From an uncultured Streptosporangiaceae bacterium (GTDB lineage Bacteria; Actinomycetota; Actinomycetes; Streptosporangiales; Streptosporangiaceae), in contig CAXUJF010000006.1 in assembly GCA_964250865.1 (NCBI GenBank), positions 1-39,061 on the forward strand: DNA of 39,061 nucleotides. Reading direction: 5' to 3'. The position numbers and the translations under genes were made by a program. Below the pieces are notes generated by a model. The model saw nothing but the letters and a program-made list of their open reading frames with translations, did no database searches and was not told the DNA's origin. Positions 1 to 7,886 of the stretch are shown one piece after another. The first letter of the stretch is position 1. Each line of letters starts with the position of its first letter.

Positions 1-66
1 CCAGATCCGCCAAACACCCAGCTCGCAGCCCAGACAGGTTAAAGAACAAGCTAAGTCCTGACCGCC

Positions 67-483
67 ATGGCCGACAACGTAGCTGGCTCTGCTTCCCGTG
101 ACGAGAATCCCGGCGGAGCTCTCGGCGCTGCCCGTAGGTGTGATGCTCAGTGTGGCCGTCACCTGATCGTCAACGTGACTACGATCGCCGACTGGCTCCA
201 TGGCCACACCGACGCCGACCTAGCGCCGGTACGGGAATGGGCCTCTCGGGCCGATCTTTGGGAGCCACGACACTGCCTCCTGAGCCATGCTGAGTTGATA
301 TCGAGGATCAGGATGACAGGCGGCATTGACTGCGAGCATGCCCTCCAAGCGACGGTGCCGGTTACAGGAGTCATCAAACTTGACGATGGCGTGCATCGGT
401 ATGCGGTGGCAGTGGAGCTTCAACTCGCGGCTATCGCGGTAAGGATGCTGGCTGAGGCGGAGTCGCTGATGGCGTGGGTGTGA
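67..483 (+). CDS. ParB/Srx-fold nuclease-like protein, copy outside the island
   Basis: 138-aa ORF. C-terminal PVTGVIKLDDGVHRYAVAVEL resembles the DGxHR core of ParB N-terminal-domain nucleases. About 70% aa identity to 24387..24800. Confidence 0.6.
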   Translation: MADNVAGSASRDENPGGALGAARRCDAQCGRHLIVNVTTIADWLHGHTDADLAPVREWASRADLWEPRHCLLSHAELISRIRMTGGIDCEHALQATVPVTGVIKLDDGVHRYAVAVELQLAAIAVRMLAEAESLMAWV

Positions 484-560
484 TCGACGCTGGTCAGGCG
501 TCTTCATATGGCCCCGTTGGCCTCAGGCGACCCGGCAGCCGGGAGGCGCGGAGACACAAA

Positions 561-592
561 CAGCGGCTATGCCCAAGGGGGCAGCGCCGCTG
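561..592 (-). terminator. Probable native terminator of tRNA-Ser, now separated from the gene by the island
   Basis: Stem-loop CAGCGGC-TGCCC/GGGCA-GCCGCTG. On the minus strand it is followed by TTTGTGTCTC. It lies directly 3' of the attL tRNA fragment. Confidence 0.4.
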
Positions 593-598
593 CTGAGT

Positions 599-660
599 CG
601 CGCGGAGGCTCGGGGATTTGAACCCCGGATGGGCGGTAAACCCAAACCGCATTAGCAGTG
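599..660. repeat. attL: 62-bp direct repeat, equal to the 3' 58 nt of tRNA-Ser(GCU) plus 4 nt
   Basis: 62/62 identity with 34599..34660; mismatches at 598 and 661. Confidence 0.9.
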
Positions 661-777
661 TGATCCGAACCGTGCCGCGCTCTGCGGCGACCAATCGCGA
701 ACGCTCGTTTTCGCAGGTCAATCGTGCCGCGTTTGCTTGCAACAGCCAACGTTCGGCGCTTCCTTCCACGCCCGGCC

Positions 778-800
778 GTGCACGCGTTGTGCACGCGTGC
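778..800. repeat. Candidate arm-type integrase-binding site (P' arm), 23-mer GTGCACGCGTTGTGCACGCGTGC
   Basis: Identical 23-mer at 34514..34536. It contains two tandem GTGCACGCG 9-mers. It lies 117 bp inside attL. Confidence 0.5.
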
Positions 801-888
801 ACGGCTTTAGACGCAAGTCGGCCCGCCTCGGTGTTCTCAGCACCGTGACGGGCCTGGTCCCCCAACCGCGTAACCGGAAAGAGGATTG

Positions 889-1566
889 ATGAACAAGCTA
901 ACAGGCATCCCTCCCGTCATCCCGTCGTCCGCTCCGAACTGCCCCGAGCACCGTCTCGCCGAGTTCGCCCGCGAGCTGCACGCCCGAGGCGTGACCGCCG
1001 ACCAGGCCGAGGCGAACTGTGAGGCGTACGACGAGGCGGCCAAGCCCGCGCTTGTCGCCCTGCTGCGCCTGATTGAGCTGAGCGAGCGGCCCGTGACCAT
1101 CGGCGAGAACGTCGCCCACGTGCTCAGCTACCACGACGGCGGGTTCGCTATCGAGCACCTGCCCGAGCTGGTCACCATGGCGGCCGAGGCGTACGAGGTC
1201 AACCTGACCACGCGCGGCTGTGACTGCCGGAACGCCGGGGAACTGGCGGACGAGCTGATCGCCCTGATCCCGGCCGGCCAGCGGGCCGAGGTGCTTGAGC
1301 ACCTGATCGTTAACGAGCTCTACGACCACATCACGGCTGGTGCGCCGGATATGCCATGGGACGTCCCTAGCCGCGGAACCGCCGAGCTGATGGCCGCTCC
1401 GCTGATCGCCGCGCTCACCGCGCAGGACCGAGCCGATCGGGCGCTGCGGATGTACCTGTCCGGCGCCATCCGTGACGCGCTGGATTTCATGCTTGAGCAG
1501 CGCGCCGACCCGCTCATGTACGGCGAGCTGTTCAAGGCCGACGACGACCCGGAGAACGGCCAGTGA
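889..1566 (+). CDS. hypothetical protein (first gene of the coupled left-arm operon)
   Basis: ATG at 889 just after GGAAAGAGGA (TTG at 886 also possible). Coding-like high GC3. The C-terminal ~110 aa are paralogous to the next gene. Confidence 0.6.
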   Translation: MNKLTGIPPVIPSSAPNCPEHRLAEFARELHARGVTADQAEANCEAYDEAAKPALVALLRLIELSERPVTIGENVAHVLSYHDGGFAIEHLPELVTMAAEAYEVNLTTRGCDCRNAGELADELIALIPAGQRAEVLEHLIVNELYDHITAGAPDMPWDVPSRGTAELMAAPLIAALTAQDRADRALRMYLSGAIRDALDFMLEQRADPLMYGELFKADDDPENGQ

Positions 1567-1627
1567 GCGCGCTCATCACCGGCGCCTGCTTCGCCGTCCC
1601 TACCGTGGCCATCCTGGTAACGCGGCG

Positions 1628-2047
1628 GTGGCTGCCGTGAACGCGCCCGACGTCATCGGCACCTTGGGCGCGGCGATCGACCAAGCCGCCGCCGCCGTGA
1701 TCAACCTCGGCCACGCACGCCCGGCCGCCGCCGAGCTGGCCGACGCCATCCTCGCGCCGATGGGCGAGGACACCCGCGACATCGTGCTGCGGCACCTGGT
1801 CGCCGAGAAGCTGACCGAGCTGCTCAGCCTCACAGCCGACTGTGATGCCGATACGTTCCTGCTCGACTACGACCAGCCCAGCACTGGGCTCGCGGTGTCC
1901 GCCGCGGTCGGCCCGGTGCTGGACGCCATGAACGCGCAGGACCGTCAGGCGTCTGTCCTGCGCGAGCTGCTCATCGGCGAAATCCTCGCCACGCGGGACT
2001 ACCTGCGCGAGCAGCGCGAGGCCCTGAGCCTTCAGGACGCACGATGA
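1628..2047 (+). CDS. hypothetical protein, paralog of the C-terminal part of 889..1566
   Basis: GTG at 1628 (or 1637) within ORF 1472..2047. Alignable motifs ELAD..L..VL.HL and L.A..AQDR......L......D.L.EQR. The stop overlaps the next start (ATGA at 2044). Confidence 0.55.
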   Translation: MAAVNAPDVIGTLGAAIDQAAAAVINLGHARPAAAELADAILAPMGEDTRDIVLRHLVAEKLTELLSLTADCDADTFLLDYDQPSTGLAVSAAVGPVLDAMNAQDRQASVLRELLIGEILATRDYLREQREALSLQDAR

Positions 2048-2319
2048 GCGCCGCCGCGGTGACCGCCGGGCTGGTCGGCATCTCCGCTGACCACCTCGGC
2101 GCGGGGCTCACGAGCGCCCCGCGCCCCAAGGGTGGTCAGGGCTGGGCACACCCCGGCGAGCCGTGGGCCGACGCGGACGGCGGCACGCACGTCGCGCGCC
2201 TCGGCCGCGCGAACCGCCGCGGACTCATCAGCGGCCCCGACCTGGTGGCCGCTCTGCAGACCATCGGCGAGCCGTTCACCTCGGCGACTGCCGTGCCATG
2301 GCCGGGGGGTGCCCGATGA
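2044..2319 (+). CDS. hypothetical protein
   Basis: 91-aa ORF with ATGA overlaps to both neighbours. Confidence 0.5.
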   Translation: MSAAAVTAGLVGISADHLGAGLTSAPRPKGGQGWAHPGEPWADADGGTHVARLGRANRRGLISGPDLVAALQTIGEPFTSATAVPWPGGAR

Positions 2320-2690
2320 AGTGGCCGACTGTGCAGGCGAACCGCCGGGGGAACGTCGCCGAGCGTGTCCTTGACCGCTGGCTGAAGTGGCGTTCGATGG
2401 GCCGGGAGTATCCCGACGTGCTCGGCCGGTCGTGGAACGTCCAGGTGCGCCGCATCGATCGCGAGGCCGAGGCAATGCAGCGCACCGCCGGATTCCACTG
2501 CGAGGCGTGGTTCTTCCGCCGCCCGGACACACACATCGCCCTGTTTGACTTCCGGCGCCTGTTCGGCGACGGCCAGGTGCTCGGCGGCGAGACGTTCTTT
2601 TGCGCCAAGCACGCCGCGCGGTACGCACAGCACCGCGGCGTCGCCATCCTGCTGCCCGACAGCGACCCGAAGGGACATGCAGCCCCGTGA
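2316..2690 (+). CDS. hypothetical protein
   Basis: Internal ATG at 2316 of ORF 2163..2690 overlaps the upstream stop (ATGA). 124 aa. Confidence 0.6.
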   Translation: MKWPTVQANRRGNVAERVLDRWLKWRSMGREYPDVLGRSWNVQVRRIDREAEAMQRTAGFHCEAWFFRRPDTHIALFDFRRLFGDGQVLGGETFFCAKHAARYAQHRGVAILLPDSDPKGHAAP

Positions 2691-3976
2691 CCACGACCAC
2701 CGTGCCCGACTGGCGCGAGAACAGGCGGCAGGACCGCCTCGCGGACGCAAGGATCGCCCGTGAGCGCGACGAGGCCCGCGCACAGGCCAGCCTTGCGCAG
2801 CAGCGCCTCAACGCTGAGCTGCGGGGCGAGGCCGAGGCGCAGCGCCGCGCCGAGCATGTCGCCGCCAAACTGGCGCGCGGCGAACGCTGGGCAGCGCGCC
2901 GGGCATGGGTGGCCGCGCACCTGGCCGACCTCGTTTTTGCGCCCGTGATCGTCATTCCCGGCGTGCTCGCCTGGTCGGCCATGGGCGCGTTCGGAGAGCA
3001 GCTGTTCGGCGTCGTCGGCCTCGGCCTGCCCGCCGTCAGCGAAGGCGCCATGTGGGTGTTTGAGATGCGGAACGCCTACGTGAGCCAGCACTACCCGGAC
3101 AGGCCGGTTTGGCACCTGCGCCTCGGTGCCTGGGTGTTCACGGCGGTTGGCGCCGCGCTCAACTTCCTGCACGGCCTGACCGCCATCCCCGGCAGCGACC
3201 GCCCGCACGGCGTCACGGTCGGCCTGGTCATGGCGCTCATCTCGGCCGCGGGCATGGTCGCGCACCAGCTCGTCAAGACTGGCCCCAAGCGCACCCGTGC
3301 GCAGCGTGCCGCCGCCCGCCGCGAGGACCGTGCCCGCCGCGCTGCGATCCGCTCGGCGCCGGTCGACCTGGACGACGACGGCACCGCCCACGTCATGCTC
3401 GAGCCGGTCACCGTCCAGCTCGGCCGCAAGCGCGGCCGGACAGTCTTGACCGTGCTGGACGAGGCCGAGCCGGTGGCCCCGGCAGACACGGCTGACCGGA
3501 GCGACGACGTGGACGAAATCGGACGCCAGGTGGCCGAGCAGCTCGCGCTCGCGCTAGCCAACACTGACCGCATAGCCGCGATCCTGCGCCCGTACCGGGA
3601 CACCGCCGAGCAGCAAAGCGCCGCGCGTGGCGACACTGCCTCAGCCATTCCCGACGAGCCACGGCCGGACGCTGAAAACGCCAGCGAGCCCGAGATCAAG
3701 CCCGAGACCGAAGCCGACCCCGCACCGGACATCGAGCAGGAGCTAGACACGGCCACCGTGCCCAACCCGCGCCGACCGGCCAGCAGGCGGCCGAGTGGCC
3801 ACCGCCGGACTCGCAAGCTGACCACGGCCGAGGTGCGGCGGCGGATCGCCGCCGCCGAGCCGGGGACAAGCAACGCCGACCTGGCCAAGGCAACCGGCCG
3901 GTCAGAGCGCACCGTCCGCCGCCTGCGGAACGAGGCCACGCCGGAACTGGCCACCGCAGGCCGGGAAGGGGGTTGA
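2687..3976 (+). CDS. DUF2637-like membrane protein with C-terminal HTH (Spd-like)
   Basis: GTG at 2687 overlaps the upstream stop (GTGA). N-terminal charged coiled coil, four hydrophobic helices (VFAPVIVIPGVLAW, FGVVGLGLPAV, LGAWVFTAVGAALNFL, VGLVMALISAAGMVA), C-terminal HTH ADLAKATGRSERTVRRL. Confidence 0.7.
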   Translation: MTTTTVPDWRENRRQDRLADARIARERDEARAQASLAQQRLNAELRGEAEAQRRAEHVAAKLARGERWAARRAWVAAHLADLVFAPVIVIPGVLAWSAMGAFGEQLFGVVGLGLPAVSEGAMWVFEMRNAYVSQHYPDRPVWHLRLGAWVFTAVGAALNFLHGLTAIPGSDRPHGVTVGLVMALISAAGMVAHQLVKTGPKRTRAQRAAARREDRARRAAIRSAPVDLDDDGTAHVMLEPVTVQLGRKRGRTVLTVLDEAEPVAPADTADRSDDVDEIGRQVAEQLALALANTDRIAAILRPYRDTAEQQSAARGDTASAIPDEPRPDAENASEPEIKPETEADPAPDIEQELDTATVPNPRRPASRRPSGHRRTRKLTTAEVRRRIAAAEPGTSNADLAKATGRSERTVRRLRNEATPELATAGREGG

Positions 3977-4123
3977 CCAGACGTTGACTAGGCGGTCGCT
4001 ACTGGCCGCTAGCGCTCGGATACGTGCGAGCGTGTGAAGTGAAGTAACAGGGCGCCCCCGGGCGCGGTGACTCAACCACCGGCCCGGGGACTTGACCGAA
4101 GACCCCAAGGAGGTCAACGGACC

Positions 4124-4279
4124 ATGAGTGAAGTTATCAGCGCGACCCCGGCTCGCCCGGTGCACTGGCTGACGCCTGCCGAGTGTGCCCGGCTGTCCGC
4201 TCAGCTGGAAGCACTGGGCGAGCGCATCGGGCGGCTTGAGGACCAGCGGACGGCCGGGCTTGCGGGCGGTGCCCGGTGA
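4124..4279 (+). CDS. small hypothetical protein (51 aa)
   Basis: ATG at 4124 preceded by AAGGAGG at 8-nt spacing. The stop overlaps the next start. Confidence 0.6.
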   Translation: MSEVISATPARPVHWLTPAECARLSAQLEALGERIGRLEDQRTAGLAGGAR

Positions 4280-4869
4280 CCGCCCTGGACGAGCGGCCCG
4301 CGACCGCCACCCCCGACGACCCGCACGCCTACGACCCGACGTCTTCGGGCATCCCGCACCCGGCAACGCCCGGCGCGGACATCACGGCCGAGGACATCAC
4401 CGACCAATTCCGTGCCTTCACTCACCTGTTCATCGACCGGCTGTTCGACCACGTGGCCACCCAAGACCTCGGCCACGGTGCCGGGTCCGGTGTGCTGGCC
4501 TTCCTGACCGGCGACGACACGACGTTCACCGGATACCGCCGCAACCTCGCCGCCATGATGGCCGGATGGGGCGATCAGCTCTATGAGGCTGACGGCCCGG
4601 CGTGCGACGGACGCAACTGCACGACCCCGCGATGCCTCTGCCACAACCAGCCTGATCTCTGCCAGCCGTTCCCTGTCGCGCCCGAGCTGCGGCGCATCTT
4701 CGATGAGATCCGCCGCCGTGGCATCTGGCGGCAGCTGGTCGTGGAAGGCGTCGGCGAGTTCGAGCCGCGTTACTTCAACGTCCTGACCGGCGCAGTGCAG
4801 GACTACGAGCCGCGCGACTACAAGGACGAGCCCGACAACGAGCTGACCGTGAACGGTGGTGCGCGATGA
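4276..4869 (+). CDS. hypothetical protein (Cys-rich centre CDGRNCTTPRCLCHNQPDLC)
   Basis: 197-aa ORF with GTGA/ATGA coupling on both sides. Confidence 0.65.
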   Translation: MTALDERPATATPDDPHAYDPTSSGIPHPATPGADITAEDITDQFRAFTHLFIDRLFDHVATQDLGHGAGSGVLAFLTGDDTTFTGYRRNLAAMMAGWGDQLYEADGPACDGRNCTTPRCLCHNQPDLCQPFPVAPELRRIFDEIRRRGIWRQLVVEGVGEFEPRYFNVLTGAVQDYEPRDYKDEPDNELTVNGGAR

Positions 4870-5228
4870 CGGCGCCGACCGTTGCCAAGCCGGACAGCTG
4901 GGTCATGGAAGACGCCGCGTTTGCCGACGCCGACCGCAGGACCGCCCGGCGCAAGGCCCAGTGGGACTACCTGGACGATCTGACCGACAGCATGTCGGTC
5001 GTGCGCGAGGCGCGCCCCAACCCGTTCCATCAGGATCACTGGGGCTACAACGTGGCCGGGGACGTCCTGGCCTACCTCTGCCGCCAGCACAAGGAAGTCG
5101 CCGCCGAGATCCTGGCCTACCTGGAGATGACCGCCGACCAGATCGACAACACCGCCGACGAGTTCGGCACCGGCCTTATGGATGACATCACCGAGATTAT
5201 GCGCAAGCGCGAGGGCGGTGCCCAGTGA
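4866..5228 (+). CDS. hypothetical protein
   Basis: 120-aa ORF with coupled overlaps at 4866 and 5225. Confidence 0.65.
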   Translation: MTAPTVAKPDSWVMEDAAFADADRRTARRKAQWDYLDDLTDSMSVVREARPNPFHQDHWGYNVAGDVLAYLCRQHKEVAAEILAYLEMTADQIDNTADEFGTGLMDDITEIMRKREGGAQ

Positions 5229-5896
5229 CCGCCGTTGAGGAACGTCCGGTCATCGTGGCCACACAGGACGAGGCCATCGCCGACTATCACCGCACCAGCA
5301 TCCGCAAGCTTGAGGTCATCATTGACCAGAAGTTGGCCGCGCTGCGGCATCACGTGACCGAGCTCGAACGGTGGGACGCCGAATCGTTCGCCGCCGCCCT
5401 GCGGCTGCTGATGACCGGCCTCATGGCCAAAGTGCCCGGCGGCGATGCGACCGGCACTCAAGCGGCAGCGAGCCTCGTCGAGCACTTCGCCGACAGCGAC
5501 GATCCGCGGCGGCTCGGCGCGGACGTGGCGCGGTTCTTCGCGAGTGCCAAGCTGCCCGACTGCGCCGACGAGAGCGAGGACTGCGGCGCGTGCGCCGACT
5601 GCGATTTCTGGCTCATCCGCAGCCGGTACGACGACCCGCAAGGCGATGACGTGCAGGCGATTCTTGCTCAGCTGGCGGCCAACCGGCGGCGGCTGTACGA
5701 CGCAGGCGTTCCGCGCCCCGAGTGGGTCACGTTCCCGCGCGAGCTGATCGCCCAGGACGAGGCCCGCGCGACCGAGCTGCAGCGCGAAATCCTTGAGCGC
5801 GAAACCGAGCTGGGGCGACTCGCCGCACGTTGGCCCGCGCCGCACGCGAGGCTCTACGCCACGGGCGGCAAGGGCGGTCAGGCGGCGGCCAAATGA
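5225..5896 (+). CDS. hypothetical protein (CxxCxxC motif, C-terminal coiled coil)
   Basis: 223-aa ORF with a GTGA overlap upstream and an ATGA overlap downstream. Confidence 0.65.
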   Translation: MTAVEERPVIVATQDEAIADYHRTSIRKLEVIIDQKLAALRHHVTELERWDAESFAAALRLLMTGLMAKVPGGDATGTQAAASLVEHFADSDDPRRLGADVARFFASAKLPDCADESEDCGACADCDFWLIRSRYDDPQGDDVQAILAQLAANRRRLYDAGVPRPEWVTFPRELIAQDEARATELQREILERETELGRLAARWPAPHARLYATGGKGGQAAAK

Positions 5897-6066
5897 CCAC
5901 CGACGCGGCGGCCAACCGTCCGGCCAAAAGGGAGCCGATGACCGCTCAGCAGGCTTGCGAAATCCTGGCCAAACTCGCGGTCATGACGGCGGACATTCTT
6001 GACTTGGATGACCGCCTTGAGCGCCTCACAATCCGGCACCGTGACCACGCGGCCGAGGCGACCTAA
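5893..6066 (+). CDS. small hypothetical protein (57 aa)
   Basis: ATG at 5893 overlaps the upstream stop (ATGA). Last gene before a 270-bp non-coding gap. Confidence 0.5.
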   Translation: MTTDAAANRPAKREPMTAQQACEILAKLAVMTADILDLDDRLERLTIRHRDHAAEAT

Positions 6067-6342
6067 TGACCCCGGATTTGGCCGCCGTTCTGCTGGCCGT
6101 GGCGACCCCCCACGCGATCGGCCGAGGGGGTTGCGCGTGACCCTCTCAACCGGCTGCCGTCCGGGGGTGCGTGTGGGCACCCGGACGGGGGCCTGTGTGG
6201 GCCGCCAGACAACCCCCCACATGGGCACCCCTTCCGGCCTACCACTCCCCCACTCGCGCCGAGAGGGCCTGAGCGGGGGGGGCTACGCATCCAGGGATAC
6301 CCGTATACGTGCGCGTGAGGATTCCGAGAGGGGCTGTTGATC

Positions 6343-6660
6343 ATGCCGCCATGGGGTGAGCCGAAGCCGCGCGATCCGGCCAAGGCCAGGGCGAAGCGTC
6401 TCAAGGCCAAGCGCAACGAAGCGGACGAGCAGCTGTTCAATCAGCACAACCCGCGCGAGGCGTTCAACATCGCCACGCGTGCGCTGCAGGCCGAGGCTTC
6501 CGCCGCGCACCGCAGCAACGAGCTCGCCGGGCACCGGAGCTATGCCTACTTGATGGCCGCGCTGTTCGACATGGCCGAGAGCGTGGCGAAGGGCTGGCGG
6601 CCGACCGACGCCGACCTCAAGAGCGTCGGGCTGAACGTCCAGCGCACGGCCGAGGCATAG
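6343..6660 (+). CDS. hypothetical basic protein
   Basis: ATG at 6343, 9 nt after GAGAGGGG. 105 aa with a Lys/Arg-rich N-terminus. Confidence 0.6.
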   Translation: MPPWGEPKPRDPAKARAKRLKAKRNEADEQLFNQHNPREAFNIATRALQAEASAAHRSNELAGHRSYAYLMAALFDMAESVAKGWRPTDADLKSVGLNVQRTAEA

Positions 6661-6720
6661 CCATGGTCAAACGATCACCGTGCGTGACGCGCTGTGCGTC
6701 CGGCATGTCTACCGGCCCGT

Positions 6721-6858
6721 TCACTGGCACTCCAGATTCCACGGGCACCGTCACTGGCAGGTTCACCGGCATCCCAAGCTTCACGGGCAGCGCCAGCGGC
6801 ACGATCACCAGCACTCCAGATTCCACCCGCACGTTTACCGGCAGGTTCACCAGCACTC
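6721..6858. repeat. Iteron-like repeat field (84-bp period plus TCACNGGCA-type 9-mers)
   Basis: GCACTCCAGATTCCAC at 6727 and 6811. GGCAGGTTCACC at 6756 and 6840. At least 7 TCAC(C/T/G)(G/A)GCA-like boxes. Five of six reading frames are open. Confidence 0.6.
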
Positions 6859-6960
6859 AATTTTTCGCCTCACGCGCACACACACGCCTACGCGTAGAGG
6901 GGCCCGGCAGGTGTCCGCGGCGAATCTGGACACCTGCGCACGACACACGGAGAGTCACCA

Positions 6961-7215
6961 ATGAGTAATCCCGTCAAGATCCGCGAGAACCGCCTGCACA
7001 AGATGGCCGACCGCCAGGGCGTGTGGCTGGTCAAGCCACTGCGGCGCGACCCGCACGGCGCCGAGTTCGGCCGGTACTACATCGCCGTGCAGGACTTCCG
7101 GCGTCCGCCGGTCGCCGGGAAGGTCGACGGCATGGCCCGGATGACGCTGGACGACGTTGAGGCATGGCTGACCGCCGACCCGGCGACCCGCGACGACACA
7201 AGGCGGGCAGCGTGA
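6961..7215 (+). CDS. hypothetical protein
   Basis: 84-aa ORF. ATG preceded by GGAGAG. The stop overlaps the next start. Confidence 0.55.
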   Translation: MSNPVKIRENRLHKMADRQGVWLVKPLRRDPHGAEFGRYYIAVQDFRRPPVAGKVDGMARMTLDDVEAWLTADPATRDDTRRAA

Positions 7216-7517
7216 GCACCAGGACGCAGAAGTCGCGAGCGGCCAGCAGGCTTGAGCGCTTCCATGAGGCGCTCGCCACGACGACCGGGCAGGCCCGGCT
7301 CAATCTGGCTTACGACTGGTTCCGCTCCGAACTGGCCACGCTTGAGAAAACCGAACCGACCCGCGCGGCGATGCTGCGCGAGCGGATCACGGACGCGATG
7401 CTCGCCGACGCCGAGCAGCTCGCCGGGGAAGCGATCGAGCGGGCCAAGGCCGGGCGGCACGGAATGTCGCGGCGGCAGATCCAGCGCCTCGGGCAGCGTG
7501 TGCGAGGCGTCGAATGA
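7212..7517 (+). CDS. hypothetical helical protein
   Basis: GTG at 7212 overlaps the upstream stop (GTGA). 101 aa. Confidence 0.55.
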   Translation: MSTRTQKSRAASRLERFHEALATTTGQARLNLAYDWFRSELATLEKTEPTRAAMLRERITDAMLADAEQLAGEAIERAKAGRHGMSRRQIQRLGQRVRGVE

Positions 7518-7840
7518 CCACCATCAGCGATAGGGAAGGAACCGAGGGAAGGAACCTCGGCGAGTGCCGTTCCGCCGAACCCATCCGGGCAGGCTCGCGT
7601 GTGCGCGTGAGAGGCGAGGAAGTTCCCTTGCCGACTTCCCTGCCGCCGAGGGCCCGCGGCGAGTGCCTCGGCCTGGTGCTGCACTCCGCGGTGACGGTCG
7701 ACGACAGCGGCGCTGTTCACGCCGACGTCTGGACGGGACCGTGCCCGTGCGGCGGCATCGCCGGGGCACACCCGAGGGAAGTTCCCCGGCCTCCCGCGCG
7801 AGGGCGGGCGCGACCGCATTGGATCCTCGCGCCTCGCTAG
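7514..7840 (+). CDS. doubtful ORF overlapping a GGGAAG-box repeat region
   Basis: ATGA coupling at 7514, but mixed codon bias and embedded direct/inverted repeats; it may be regulatory DNA. Confidence 0.3.
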   Translation: MTTISDREGTEGRNLGECRSAEPIRAGSRVRVRGEEVPLPTSLPPRARGECLGLVLHSAVTVDDSGAVHADVWTGPCPCGGIAGAHPREVPRPPARGRARPHWILAPR

Positions 7841-7886
7841 TGCTGGGCGGGGTTTCCTGCCTGCCTTCCCTGACGGACACTGAGCA

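Noticed and set aside
2032-3391. Long minus-strand ORFs (339 and 371 aa), Arg/Ala/Pro-rich
   Set aside because: They are antisense to the translationally coupled plus-strand operon and have low-complexity composition. This is the typical stop-poor artefact of high-GC DNA.
6663-6968. Overlapping ORFs (101, 94 and 67 aa on plus; 79 and 61 aa on minus) encoding TG-x-FTG / PVN-type repeats
   Set aside because: Five frames are open over the same repeat DNA, and no RBS or coupling is visible. The periodicity is 84 bp at the DNA level, so this reads better as an iteron field than as a gene.
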